DNA of 63,621 bases, counting the filler. It is 6 parts of 6 records of this genome, joined end to end, with 100 filler letters (N's around TTAATTAATTAA, not from the genome) between each part and the next. Parts side by side here need not be neighbours in the genome. Positions count along the whole stretch, not along the records: positions 51,601 to 58,119 come from DRR378314_1304; positions 58,220 to 63,621 come from DRR378314_1322; 4 more parts are not named here. One strand, given 5' to 3'. Within the stretch, counting starts at the first letter, position 1, and each line of letters starts with the position of its first letter. The position numbers and the translations under genes were made by a program. Positions 51,650 through 63,621 of the stretch are shown one piece after another. Under the pieces are notes generated by a model. That model saw nothing but the letters and a program-made list of their open reading frames with translations, was not told where the DNA came from and searched no databases.

Positions 51650-53262
51650 ATGGAAGTCGTAGGCGCAGAATCCCGCGAAAATGCAATACGCGCACAGCTG
51701 CAAGAAGTGTTTTCAATTTTCGATCCCGATGGCCAGGGGAGCATCGACGTGCGGTATGGATCACTCGTGCTTGATGTTGCAAAGCTCTTTAAGCAGCCAA
51801 AGCTCCTGAAAGCCGAGGGCGCGCTTCTATTCAGAACGATTCTTCTTCGTGCCGTGGCTTTCTTTTGTCTCCGTTGATGCGTGAACACTCGGTTGTTTTA
51901 TTAGCTCGGAGGGCTCGTGGTACATATATGCTCAATGATCTGCACGCCTGCACTCCTCGTTCTTACAATCTGCCTTCGAGCAGCGAAGTGGGAACGATTC
52001 TTCGGGCGGTTGGGTTAGCACCAAGTGAAGAGCAGCTGCATTTCATGCTCGCCGAGGTGCGTAACGCGGGAGATTCGGGACTCTGCAAGGAAAACCTTCC
52101 AGTAATCATTCCTTCCCGCACATGCATCATCAATACCGTAGCTGTATGGGAAGCGCCGACAGCGATTGTGTTGCGCTCGACAGCCCGCCAGCGGGAGGAA
52201 AAAGTCGGGCTCAGACGCGAGTGCCGAAAGGGAAAGACGAGCACCAAGTATGCCCTCAACTCGCCACTTTGTCTTCGACTACCAACTAAAGTGGCCTTTC
52301 TTTCATTACCAATAATAATCCCGGTGCAGATTACTGAGGATGAACCATCAAACAACGCGCGCTACGAAAAGATTGAGAGGCTGGCGCTCCGCTACCTCTT
52401 ATCCCAGGAGAATGAGGCGGGGAGAGAACCGGAGGAGACCATCGTGGCCGCGTTCAAGGTACTGCGCCACACTATTCACTGTTGCGTATCGTTTCGCCGG
52501 CTACATGGCTCCACAATTCTTCCTCACAATGAAGTTTTAGATGTGAATTCCAGTAGTGCAAGCAATGAACTGGTTCGAGCAGAGTTGCCGATGCACAGCA
52601 TTTGAAAGGGGGGGGAGGACCGGGATTCGCGTGACGCTGTTACGCGCAAGGCCTTCTTGTCGGTAGCGAGGCACGAAATGCGAAAAAGAAGGGAGAAAAA
52701 GAAACGCGGTAGAGCCTCGGTTCATGTACCATGCCTAGCTATTCCACACAATATTCATGCTCCTTATCCGCGCCTCTGATCGCATCTGTGAGGTGGCACC
52801 ACGACTTTCTTGTCTGAAGGCGTTGTAATATCAAACCAGCACGACTTGCAAAGCGCGCAATTGACAGGCTGGCCGTCATCGCACTCATCGGAAGTTGTTT
52901 GGAGCGGAGGCGGGGTCAGTTGTTTTCTGTAAAATATTAATCTCACGCAGAAGCTTTGTAGCACGCAAATCATCTTTGGGGAACAGTGTTCTGCTAGTAT
53001 AAAAATTCTTTTACGAACGTGCGTCAATGTCGCCGTGCGTGCACATGGTTTCACAAAATGGCCGCCCAAACGAACTGTGCAGGCACTTGACACAGAGGGG
53101 CAGGGATATATTTCGCCGGAGGCGCTTCGCGCTGCGCTTACCACAGAAGGCGAGCGTCTCTCGCCTGAAGAAATTGAAGAAATGCTAACTGCTGCTGTTG
53201 ATCCCGCTAGCTCAAAGGTCTACTATGAAGACTTCGCCGAACTGATGGCAGGAACTTCGTAG
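51650..53262 (+). CDS. DRC8: Calmodulin-like EF-hand protein, dynein regulatory complex subunit 8-like, 4 exons
   Basis: Exons 51650-51753, 51984-52056, 52330-52458, 53083-53262; IDVREVGTILRAVGLAPSE..EDEP..RYEK..EGERLSPEEIEEMLTAAVDP resembles EFCAB2/DRC8 more than calmodulin. Confidence 0.8.
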
Positions 53263-54869
53263 GGAGGGAAATGCGCGTTCGTTCCGCCATGCCAAGGTCG
53301 GCGACTATACCATCTCTGAGTGCTCTACTGTGCAATCGGGTGCGGGCAGAAGGGGAGAGCAGATTACTATGCAGCTATGTGATACATGTACGGTTTGGTA
53401 GAGATGTTACGTACTGACATTTTGTACACTTGAAAGACATTGTGCACTGATGGAGCTGCGCATTGGAAAACATTGCAAAGAGGAGCCCTTGCCACCGAGT
53501 TGCCTCTATGCTTAGGCTTGGCAATGTGTCCGCGGCTACGGTCGCTTTGATTCTGATAAGTGCTACCCAGGAGATCATGCAAGGCAAAGAACGAAGGATG
53601 CGATACCGATTTGTGGAATACATGTTCTTATTGTGAGCGCACATTGCCCGTCTGGGCGGCGTTCCCTAGTCTTGCTGCCGCACGATACAGGCGATTTCAT
53701 TGCACAGCGGGCCTCCATAGCAAACGTCTGAGCGACCGCAGTGTGCAGATCATGGGCAGCGAAACCTTCCAAAAAATACTGCAGTGGTGCGTTTTGGATT
53801 GATTGTGCATATGGAATCCGACTCCTTTCGCTGCCGGCGCTGCCTGGTGCAGTCGACGTCGTTCCTTACAGTAGACACCGAGTAGAGGCAGTGGGCTGAG
53901 CGCGTACCCGAGCCTGAAGCACCTCAGTAACTTCGACCGCTCTGAGGCGTATTGCGCTACCTGACGGAGCACCCGCTGGTGTGAATTTGATGTAGACGTA
54001 CTGTGTTTTCCCCTTAGATCGCTTCCATAGAGCGAGGACAAAAGCGCTATGGAGCAACACTTCGGGGCTTCCGTTGCGGGGTGGCGGAAGCCACGCAGAG
54101 CAGCTTTGTCCACGGGCGCGCAAGCACAGTCCAGCATAAGTGCGAGATAGTGCTCGAATGGGCCGAGGTAGGCAGAGTACGTGCGCGCGTGGTTGGACAG
54201 GATCGCCCTATTCCACGGCGCGAGCTGCTGCTGCATATCGCACCACGCGCGCGGCTCTTCTCCGCCACTCGCACCTAGAACGGCTGCCAGCCGGGGTCAC
54301 TTCCCCAAGGTGCGGAAAGGGTGCAAATGGTGGCACGAAACCCCGTTTCATTGTACTGATAGCCTTTCTTACAAGTATATCAATATGTTCAGGAATGTAT
54401 ATTCGCACGCACATCCGCCACGTGCACGTTGCAGCTGCGGATTGCCTGTTCATCTTTCGTGGAGGAACAGGCGAAGATCGAGCACAATGCGCAACTATTG
54501 GGATTTACACTGCACACGCGTAGACACCTCCCTTTCTATGCAAACAGCTGCCAACGCACAAGACTTTGGGTTTCATGTGAATCAGTTTGTTCTTACCATG
54601 TACGCTCTTGCATAAATGTATTTGTACCATTCTTCGTAATTTGCGTGCCAGTATTTAGGATTTCGTCTGTTGTGGACGTGGAGAAACGAACGTGTGCGTG
54701 CAGCGCAGAGTCTCTAGTTGGCGCACCGTTCGCGACTTTCTTGCACGTGCGCCTCTGGAAGCTGCGTCGCCGCGAAAGGCGTACGTGTGTTGATCATCGG
54801 TACACGCTCTTTCGCGCATGAGAATTGGTATCGAATTCTTGGACTGTATGATAGTTAAATATTGATTGG

Positions 54870-57800
54870 ATGGACCACCTGGGAATACGCGGTGGAGTGC
54901 GCTTTGCGAACGCAAATCACGATGAAAGTCACGGCTCGCTCGGTTCTGCACGCACGCCATCGCCAGTCAAGCGCAACAGTGCGCTACGGGCAGTCGATAC
55001 TCCGGCGCAAATCGACCGCCTTCATGACGAGCTGGAAGCCAAGCGCCGTGACCTCCAAGCTGTCCGAGAGCAAATGGACGAGCTATCGATTTTACTGAAA
55101 TCGCCACAGCCTCGCCAGTCAAGAACCAGCGTACGTGGAATCACAGCGACGCTGATGCTCTAGTAGATGTATTCGCGATCGCATTTCACGCCTGTACCTC
55201 TTCTTGCCTTGACGTTCTGTGGCTTGCCGCACGTTTTTGCTCGCTATTACTCGCGCATCGCAGCTGCCGTACGATACTCGAGTCTGTATGTGCATAGTTT
55301 TCCGGCAAGTCGTTCTTTTTCTACTACGGTGGTACTTGCACGTACTATATTTCTTTTTGTAACAACATGCTGTTCACAAAGTCTTGTTTGTTCATTTTTC
55401 TACACCAATGCAGCATCCAATCGACGAAGGATATGAACGCCGCAAAGGCGGCAACGAGAGTTCAGAGCTGCTACAAAGTCGGTGGCCGTCTTCCCAAGCG
55501 GAGCACCTTTCCCATCAAGGTTCACCGGATCCTTATCGCAGCTTTTCTTCCGACCAAACACAGCAGCTGTCGTCGATCTCTCCGGATCGATCGCAAGCAG
55601 GCTTGTCCTCGATGCCGTTTGGCGGCCGCGACGTGCCTTCTAGCGCGTGGCGCGCGCGTGCTCATCTACTGCAGGAAGAGCTAGACAGGGTCTCGCGTCG
55701 AGCCTCTGAGTATGCGCAAGCAGCCGCGCAGTGGCGCAATCAGTCATCACTCTTGGCAAGCGAAAAAGGGGATCAAACGTTTGGCCGCGAAGCGGTGATG
55801 CGTCTTAAGAAGCAAAATGAGGATGCACAGCGGCAAAAGGAAGAGGCGGAACGGCAGGTTCAGGAGTTTCGCGACGAGCTTGGACGCGCACGCAGTGCAC
55901 AGCAAGACCTCGAGCGCAGTATGGCAGAGCTCCGCTACGTACAAGAAGAATTACTTCACAACGCAAGCATCGAGGATACAACTGTAGCTCTCAAGTACGC
56001 TTTGAAGTGACGAGGTCGCTGCCGTGGTGGCGTTCCGCACAAAGGCTCTGACTAGCACGACGTTTGTGTTCTCCGATGGCAAGCGTTTCTTTTCTTCCGT
56101 GCAAGCGCTCCCCAGCGCGTTGCCTTTGCTTGGCGATCGCCGTGTGCTGCACCTGGCGTTTCATCGCTCCCCTGCGCAAGTGCTTTGCTTTAGTAGCCCT
56201 TCTGTCAGATAACACAGCTAGCAGGACATTTTATCTTCGGATGATGCAACGCACTGGTACGGTGTGCTCGAGAGAAGCTGTAATGGCAATTTGTAGGTTG
56301 GAGCTGTGTTTTGGAACTCTGCTCCTTGCCGCGCGCTTCATTTATGTAGGTTCCCTGTCGCTGCTCGCTAAGTTGATTGCGTTAGTTGCAAATCACAGGG
56401 TCTGCGTTATTCCATTGAGTAGGCAAGTTGCTATCAGATGGTAGATGTCATAGTGAGATTCTGCGCATGTACTGGCCATTGGTTTTCGCCATCTCTTTGC
56501 TGCGCAAGATTTTCATGGGTAGATGTGCCGGGGAGAGGTTATGAGGTTGAGGACAAGTTAGGAGGGAGAGGCGGGTCGCCAATTCATAGTCAGGTCTTCT
56601 TCCGGTACATGCTTTGGCGACGGCATCGCGTGTATGCAATGTGTTGTATCGCACAAGTGCGACTTGTGCTCCATCCATCTGCTTTTCGTTGTTTGATACG
56701 CGTGTCGAGCTGCCGTATTGTTTAGACAGCACACGCACGCGCACTCACATATGGTATGGGAGCATGTGACGATATATTTATAATTGCTACTCGTTTCGTT
56801 GCCCGTGCACGTGTTGCAGAAACGAACTGGTTGCGTCGCAGGATGAAGTGAGCACGCTTCGGTCCGAACTGTCGTCCGAGTACAGCATTGCTCGGACTAA
56901 AGAGGTACAGCTTGAACGCGATCGTGCTCTTTCGGCTCTTGAATCCTCACGCAGTGAAGCGAACAAGCTTCGAGATGAATTGGAAGCGTTGCGTAGCAAG
57001 CGAAACATTTCAAAGCGGACTGTAGCGCGCAGTACTTCTCCTGGGAGGCGGATGAGCCAGTCCCCCGCTCGTGCACGTCCAACCGGAGCCGCATTCTCAC
57101 CACAAACGGAGAACTCGGATGACGAGCTCCTGCTTCGCTCGACGTACGAGAATGGTAGTTCTGCATATAAGCCACCGAAAGTACACTGTATGACGCGTGG
57201 TGTTCAGACAGAGGAAGATTGGGCGGAGTTGTGCGCTGACGCGGCGCAAGCGCAGACCGGCCGCGAAGCGCTACTGCGTACCGAGCTTGATGAGGCGTCT
57301 GCGATGCTAAAGAAGGCGGATAGGAAATGGCGCAGGTATTATGAAGAAGCGGTGTCCTTGCGAACCACAATGCAACGATACGACAAAGAAATCGCCGAAA
57401 AGGAGAATGCGGCGCGAGAAGCAGAGAAGGCTCGCTCGGTAGCTCAAGAGTCCGCTAGCGCTGCGAAAAGCAAAGGTGAGAAAGCCGCTCGCGAGTTGAG
57501 CCTTCGCAAGGCGGATATTCGTCGTCTGAAAGACGAAGTGGAGCGCCTACAGCGCGACCTTTCTGACGCCAAGGCACGTGAAAATGACAACAGTGCACGC
57601 CTCAACAAGTCCACTTCTGTTGCAGCGCGCGCTTCAATTGAAGTTCGCCGCGCAAAAATGGACGCCGAGCGACTGCAACGCCGTGAAACAGAGCTCCAGC
57701 AACAGCTGTCGTCTGCAGAAGAGCGAAGCGCAGCGCTACGCTCCACTGTGGCAGAATTGCGCGAGCAGCTGAAGCAGATGCGAGAGAAATATGACACTGA

Positions 57801-58119
57801 AGTGGCACATTGGCGTGCAGCGTGTGACAAACTTGCGGAACAGCGCGCAGCCGCCTTGGCGACCACGGAAGCGGAAACGCACAACCGCAGTCGCTCAGAG
57901 AGCAGCTCTGCAGCTCTGCAGCAACGGATAGCGGAGCTTGAGCAAGGGCGCGCCACTCTCAGGGCTGAGCTTTCCTCTCTCCGTGCCGAAGTCAAACGCC
58001 GGAGCGACTTGCATGAGCAAGAGAAGACACAGTGGACAAAAGATCGCGACTCCCTTTTGGCGAAAGCGAAAGATTTCTCCGACAAGGACAGGAGACTGGT
58101 GCTTCTTTCTGAAGAGCGT
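54870..58119 (+). CDS. Long coiled-coil protein, spliced, 3'-truncated
   Basis: In-phase exons 54870-55130, 55414-55994, 56820->58119; E/R/A/K/Q-rich heptads. Confidence 0.75.
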
Positions 58120-58219
58120 NNNNNNNNNNNNNNNNNNNNNNNNNNNNNNNNNNNNNNNNNNNNTTAATTAATTAANNNNNNNNNNNNNNNNNNNNNNNNN
58201 NNNNNNNNNNNNNNNNNNN
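58120..58219. other. Artificial contig spacer
   Basis: Ns plus TTAATTAATTAA. Confidence 0.97.
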
Positions 58220-58591
58220 TCAATATGTGTGTAAAAGTATTCTCGTGTATTGGACACAATGTGTATTACGCGCTGTAGGTCTGATTTGGGCAGTCGTGCT
58301 GTCGATGATCGAAACATCAGCACGAATGCGCTGTCGCGCGCAATTCCGAGGTTCTCCTTCTGAGCTGCAGCGGGTCCGCACTTCGCAAGCGCTGCTTTAG
58401 TTTCGACAACACTTTTTCTTTGTTGCCCAAGCAGGTGCTCTGGTTTCGTACCTCGCGCTCTTTTCTCTCTCTCTCTCTCTCTCCAGGGCAGACAGTTGTA
58501 CCTGCGTATTCTTGCTCTTGATTGATACCAAAAAATCCACGTACCTTTCATTGGTTTCCCTCCGGTCGGCACTGAAGGAACGCGCAAAGGA

Positions 58592-61192
58592 ATGGCTTCG
58601 TTCGGCGGTGCGTTGCGCGGTGGCGTGCGCTCCAGCGCGCGGATCGTCGTTGTGGTCGCTCGGTCCTCTGCACAGGCGCAGCGCGCGTTTTACGCTCGCA
58701 CACTGCCCTGCTCTCCGGAGCGAGATGTCGACGCTCCTCGCTCGTTCTAGCGACACACGGCACGGAAAACAATTGACTATGGTGTGAGAAGAGTTTCACG
58801 TGCGTAGGCTGGTTGGCCTTGGTAACGTTCCCGGCGATTTGTACGTGTGCGTTCCTGCTGTGGTCGTCCCGGTGTGTGCAGACTACGCAGGCGACGGCGG
58901 CATGGGCGGCTTTGGCGGCGCGTCCAACTTTAGCGGAGGCGGGTTCATGAATTCTCCGGGAATGGGTGACTCTCCTAGCGGTGACAAGGTGCGTAAAAAC
59001 GTGCACTGGCCTTGCAGTATCCAGGTTGAAGAACATTTCCGCGGTGGGAGCGGCGAAGACCCGTAGGCCTGTCCTCGTGCACGGCGCTCAGCTGCGGTCG
59101 CCGCTGCTTTCACCAAGCGCACAGCCTGCTCGGCGCAAGTGCGCCAGCTGCCCCTTTGCCGCGCGCACCTTGTTGCCCATGTGTCAGATTGCGCCGGACT
59201 ATCGCTCTGGGTAGCATTGTGGAGCAAACATCGATTCTCTAATGTGCTGCTTCATGTTCCTGCGTGCGGTGTCGTACAGAAACGCTCTGGAGCGCAGCAC
59301 CAGACGCTTCGGCCTGTGACGATCCGTCAGATTCTTCAGGCCGAGCAGCCGAACCCGGATGAGTCGTTCGTGGTGGACGGGAGAGATCTTGAGCACGTAC
59401 GTTGTTTTTGTTCCCCCCCCTCGCGCCACCGTCCCCCTCATTTCAGCCATATAACAGGGTTTGTAAATCCGTGAGTACTTGCGTGACATTCTTTTTCTTC
59501 CATGAATTCACCCTGCTGAATGCGGATTCTCACTGCTGTTGCCGCAGGTCACTGTCGTTGCGATGATCAAGGACGTGAATGAGCAGAACACCGCGGTCAA
59601 CCTCTTGCTTAACGACGGCACAGGTATGGGCGGGGCAGCTAGTGCATGTGCACTGGAGCAGATTTGCATGATAGTAGCGTCTGTAGCATGCGGTGTATCC
59701 GAGTGCGTGTGCGAAAGGACGTATGTCTCGTTTTGATGCGCAATCGATGTGATGCGAACATATGACCACGCAGCGTCACTGCCAGTCGGTGCGCGCGCAC
59801 AGCGGGCGCCTGCCCTTTTGCACAGTTGCTCGCATTGCGTCGCTGCATGTGGATGGGCACGCACGCTGGCAACGGACTCTTGCGCGACTGGTGCGGTTTG
59901 GTGTGCAAGGGCGTCTCCATGTCCTCCTGCTTGCATATGACAACGAACCGGTGCTTTGCCGGTATTGGTTTCTCTCCTTGCTGCTGGGTGTTCCGAGCAG
60001 GCGCGATCGACGCGCGCCTGTGGATCGACGCTGCCGATGAAACCGTGCCTGTACAGCGCGAAGATTGGGTCCAAGGCATCTATGTGCGCGTGTTCGGCCA
60101 CATCCGCTCGTTTGGTGATCGCCGCACACTGGTTATATTCAGCCTGCGCAGGATCAACGACTTCAACGAGATCACGTATCACATGACAGAGTGTCTGTAC
60201 CATGTGTTGAAACCTGCCGGAGCCGGGCAGCCAAAGGTCGAGGTGTGTTGCGCGGTCCTGTGTCGCCAGGGGATTGTGGTGCGTGCACGCGCGTCGTCCG
60301 TTTTCCGACGGCTACTTGCAAGAATGACACAGTGCGTACACACGGAGAGGCATTCATACGCGCGTGTATGTATTTCTTACGTCGACTTGGCAATTGTGCG
60401 CGCGGGGTTTTGCTGCCTGCAGGGTGGGGCACCAATGTTTGGCGGCGGTAGTGGCGGAGGATTCGGCGGCGGCGCGGGGCTGATATCTGGCGCTGCGAGC
60501 CATTTCTCGCATCCCCAGCAGCAAATCATGAATGTGATTCAGCAGGTACGTTTGTACTCAGCTTCTCCCATGCTATCATATTACAGCTGTTGTTGCCTGC
60601 TTGTTGTGGTGCGCGATCGCCAATTGCTGCCCTTCGCATGCGAGGGAATATGACGACTGCGGCTTTCCAGTCTCTGCGAAACACCACCGTGTGCAAGATG
60701 CGCTTCCAGCTCTTAGTTTTTTTCTTCTTCGCGCTGCGTGTGCGCACTATCTTACGTTTACCATTTTATGATCTATTTCTTTTTATATTTTGAATAGAAC
60801 CACTCCGAACACGGCGCGTCGTTGGACGATGTGTGTATGGCTCTGCAAGGGGTCCTTGCTCGCGATCAGATCCGGTGCGTTCTTGATGCGATGCTGCTCG
60901 CTCGCCTTCTCGGCCTATTGCGAGGGATCGTCGAGCTGTTCACTGCCTGAGTTGGAAACTGGTCTGTACGATTGCGTCTAAGTGCGGATGAAAGAGATGC
61001 GGTTGGAACGCAGGAAAGGAGAGTGTAGGGTGGGGCGTTTGGTGTGCTTGTGCGCGCCAGCACCTGACTCTGACGGCGCTCTCTATCGCGGCGGTCGCGG
61101 TCCTGTGGCGCAGGTCGGAGATTGAGAATCTTCAAGGCGAAGGGCACCTGTACACAACTATCGATGATGACCACTTCCGCACGACATCGTGA
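58592..61192 (+). CDS. RPA2: Replication protein A 32-kDa subunit, 8 exons
   Basis: Exons 58592-58607, 58882-58988, 59280-59396, 59548-59623, 60001-60242, 60423-60545, 60798-60874, 61114-61192; GGGFMNSP, LRPVTIRQI, NDGTG, YVRVFGHI, DFNEITYH, EGHLYTTIDDDHF. Confidence 0.94.
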
Positions 61193-61583
61193 ACGATGGC
61201 AGAAGGCAGCGTTAGTTCCCGGGAATGTGTTGTGTGATGGCTTGGGTTTCTCGTGGGCAGTCCTTGTGCGAATACAAAGCCTCTTCCCCCGCTTTCTATT
61301 CTTGGTTGCTCGCGCTGCCGCTTCGCTTTCTCTGCCCCGCCCCACTGGGTGGCCAGAAGGAGGAGACATGCATGCGCACAGTGCTATTTGGCGCGGCACG
61401 GGGATGCAGGTCAAGCATTCACAAGGTACATTCATTTGTTCATACAGTCGGCAGTCTCATTCGGCACTGGGCGCGGGAGCGGCTTCTCGTGGACGCACAT
61501 ACTGTACACTGTCGCAGCCACGATTCACGCCAAGCGTACGCGGCGTGCGCGCGCGCTGCCAGTCAAGCGGCCTTGCGCCTACG

Positions 61584-63333
61584 CTACATCTTGCGAGTCT
61601 CTTCAATATATTCCTGCACTGCCTCGTACACCCATGGTCCCATGTAAAACTCGGATTTTCGCACCGCCTGCAACAGCGTAAAAAGGCGAGGACACACGTT
61701 GGCACGGAGGCAACGTGCACAACCAAACCATTGTATCAGCAGGCAGATCGTCACAAACGGCGGAGACGAGAATAGAAGCAAAGAGTGCACGGCAATGCAA
61801 AATCAATCGCGACAATAGCAGCGGGGGATCTCACACACTGCCACCCGGGCAACAGGTTGGCGGCTCCTTTTTTTGTGGGAAAACAATGTGGAACGTAGAG
61901 TACATGTTCAAGTCGGATGTACGGCGTTCCGAGTGTCGTCTAGCTTTGCCGGCTGCCAAGACCGCGGAGACGGCACAGCCTCGATCGTGCTTCGCACCGC
62001 AGCGAATGCGCATACCTCTCGCTCGCGATCGCTGATAACTTCCTCGGCACCGGCATCTTCAATCGCACGCGCGTGCGCACGAAGCAAGTCATTCAGGCCT
62101 GGGACGGGATCTTCTGCGAATCGCTCCAAAAACTCACGACGACGGTCATGGTGGCGTATGCGATCGACAAGAATCGAAATCTGCCTCGTCGAAGGCGGAC
62201 ATACCCGGCAAGTCGCAAACGAAACGTCGAACGCCAACATCAGCGACATACACAGGGCCGGCGTAAGCAAAACTAAAAAAAAAACTTAGAAGCACGACTA
62301 TCCTGCACCGACTTCAAGAGCGGTTAAGAGTGCACGATCTGGTATGTTCTAAGGGCACACCGTGTTACTTTTAGCGGGGACTACACGAAGGGAACTCGCT
62401 TCCCTCCTCAGCCTGCGGCCGGTGTGGTACTACTAGATCGCCGCAGGAATGCACTCGGGTCATGTCTCGCACCTCGTCATCTAAGATTTGCATATCGCGC
62501 GCCGCGTTCGGATGCTCCTCAAAGGCGTAAGGATGCGGCACATCGGTTGGAAGCTCCGAGGGCTTTGGTGTCTCGATCTCCACGCGCATCTCGTACACCT
62601 CGTGCAGTGAGCTCGTGTCGGTTGACATTCTACGCAAAGGCGAAAGTGAAATACGACGAGCCGAGCAATCGCGATGCATAAGCCGCCAGGCTTTCTGGAG
62701 GTAGGACGCGTGGCTTACGGGCGTCACCAAACACCGCGGCACAGAAATGATGAACGGCTCGTCATCTTTACTCGCAAAGGAAGACTAGCGCACAAACCTG
62801 CTCGGTACACTGAAAACTCAACGGCAGAAACTTCACGGGCAGCGCACGTTCTTTCGTTCACCCATGGAGTGAACTGAAAGTCTCATCTGATGAGCACATC
62901 AATTTTGCAATGTGCTATACAATTCATTGTACAGGAGAGAGGATCAAAAAGCTCTGCTCGCCGTGGAAAGTACGAATTCGCGCGCAATGGAAAATTTGTG
63001 GCGTACACACAGCACAGTCTCATGCCATTGTGCATCTATTGCGCCGGAAAGGAAACAAGTCTGACACAAAGCAGGATGGAGCAGGGCTTACGAACGCCAT
63101 ACTCGCTATGGATTCGCGTGGTGTAATTGCCGTCGCACGCGTCGACTAGTGCACAATAGGCTAGCTTCGTACCTTACAGTGTACGGAATCAAAAGCGGAG
63201 GAAGCGGCTGCAAGTGGCCCTCGATCAGGTCGGCAAGGTCTCGCATTGGAACGCGGTTACAGCCGAAGACCTCCGCCATGCGTTTGTCGCAGTTGACGGT
63301 CGTACGATCTTCTGGATCCTGAAGCTTGTTGAC
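61584..63333 (-). CDS. SMARCD: SWI/SNF subunit BAF60/SMARCD/Swp73 (SWIB domain), spliced, 5' incomplete
   Basis: Exons 63173-63333, 62473-62629, 62016-62180, 61584-61667; NKLQDPEDRTTVNCDKRMAEVF, RRREFLERFAEDPV, RKSEFYMGPWVYEAV. Confidence 0.88.
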
Positions 63334-63621
63334 CTACAGAGGGGCAGGGTTTGCAGTCGCGTAAATGTGAGATACAGCATCTGATCAAGGACACATCCCG
63401 GTGCCCCACTCTTGCATGCAACGACTCCGGTGATGCTTGATTCAACGTATAGCGCATCCCGCCCCGTGGGCTGCAGACGACGCCATCCACGCAACGTGAG
63501 TGGAAGCGCAGTTTCAGGGAAATTCCACGAGCCAGACGGCGGCGTACACGATGTCGAAGGCACCTCGATAAGACACCTAATGTCCACGTTGCGTATGTAA
63601 GGGAGACGAAGACCAAAAAAA

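Noticed and set aside
53697-54236. 179-aa minus-strand ORF between DRC8 and the coiled-coil gene
   Set aside because: No recognisable motif or supported splice structure
58465-58483. (CT)n microsatellite upstream of RPA2
   Set aside because: Short simple repeat, ordinary in eukaryotic promoter regions

Overview
This window is not one genome. It is six unrelated contigs joined by artificial 100-nt spacers (Ns around TTAATTAATTAA). Contig 1 (1-11930) and contig 3 (23495-29229) come from a high-GC gammaproteobacterium, Alcanivorax-like by inference. Contig 1 carries nth, rsxABCDGE, a Spy/CpxP gene, an AraC/desaturase pair and partial metG. Contig 3 carries LysR, a GNAT-nitrilase fusion, cobB, DAHP synthase, REP-like palindromes and a Cys-pair repeat protein. 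Contigs 2 (12031-23394), 5 (51601-58119) and 6 (58220-63621) come from an intron-rich, probably flagellated eukaryote. I could splice these by hand into RPC34/POLR3F, IMP3, CIA30/NDUFAF1, DRC8/EFCAB2, RPA2, BAF60/SMARCD, a long coiled-coil gene and a DUF4379 zinc-ribbon gene. Contig 4 (29330-51500) is Flavobacteriaceae-like and holds the best candidate for an undescribed system. An ECF sigma factor, a membrane anti-sigma-like TPR protein and an exported, membrane-anchored TPR-CHAT (caspase-like) protease sit together, flanked by five lipoprotein genes. Three of those lipoprotein genes are preceded by the same bipartite promoter-like motif, TGATGACATTT-N11-CGATA, with identical spacing. Next to this is a HipBST toxin-antitoxin locus with three palindromic operators and an Ile where HipS normally has its inhibitory Trp, followed by an AT-rich block of membrane AraC sensors. 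All assignments come from motif recognition by eye; no database search was run.
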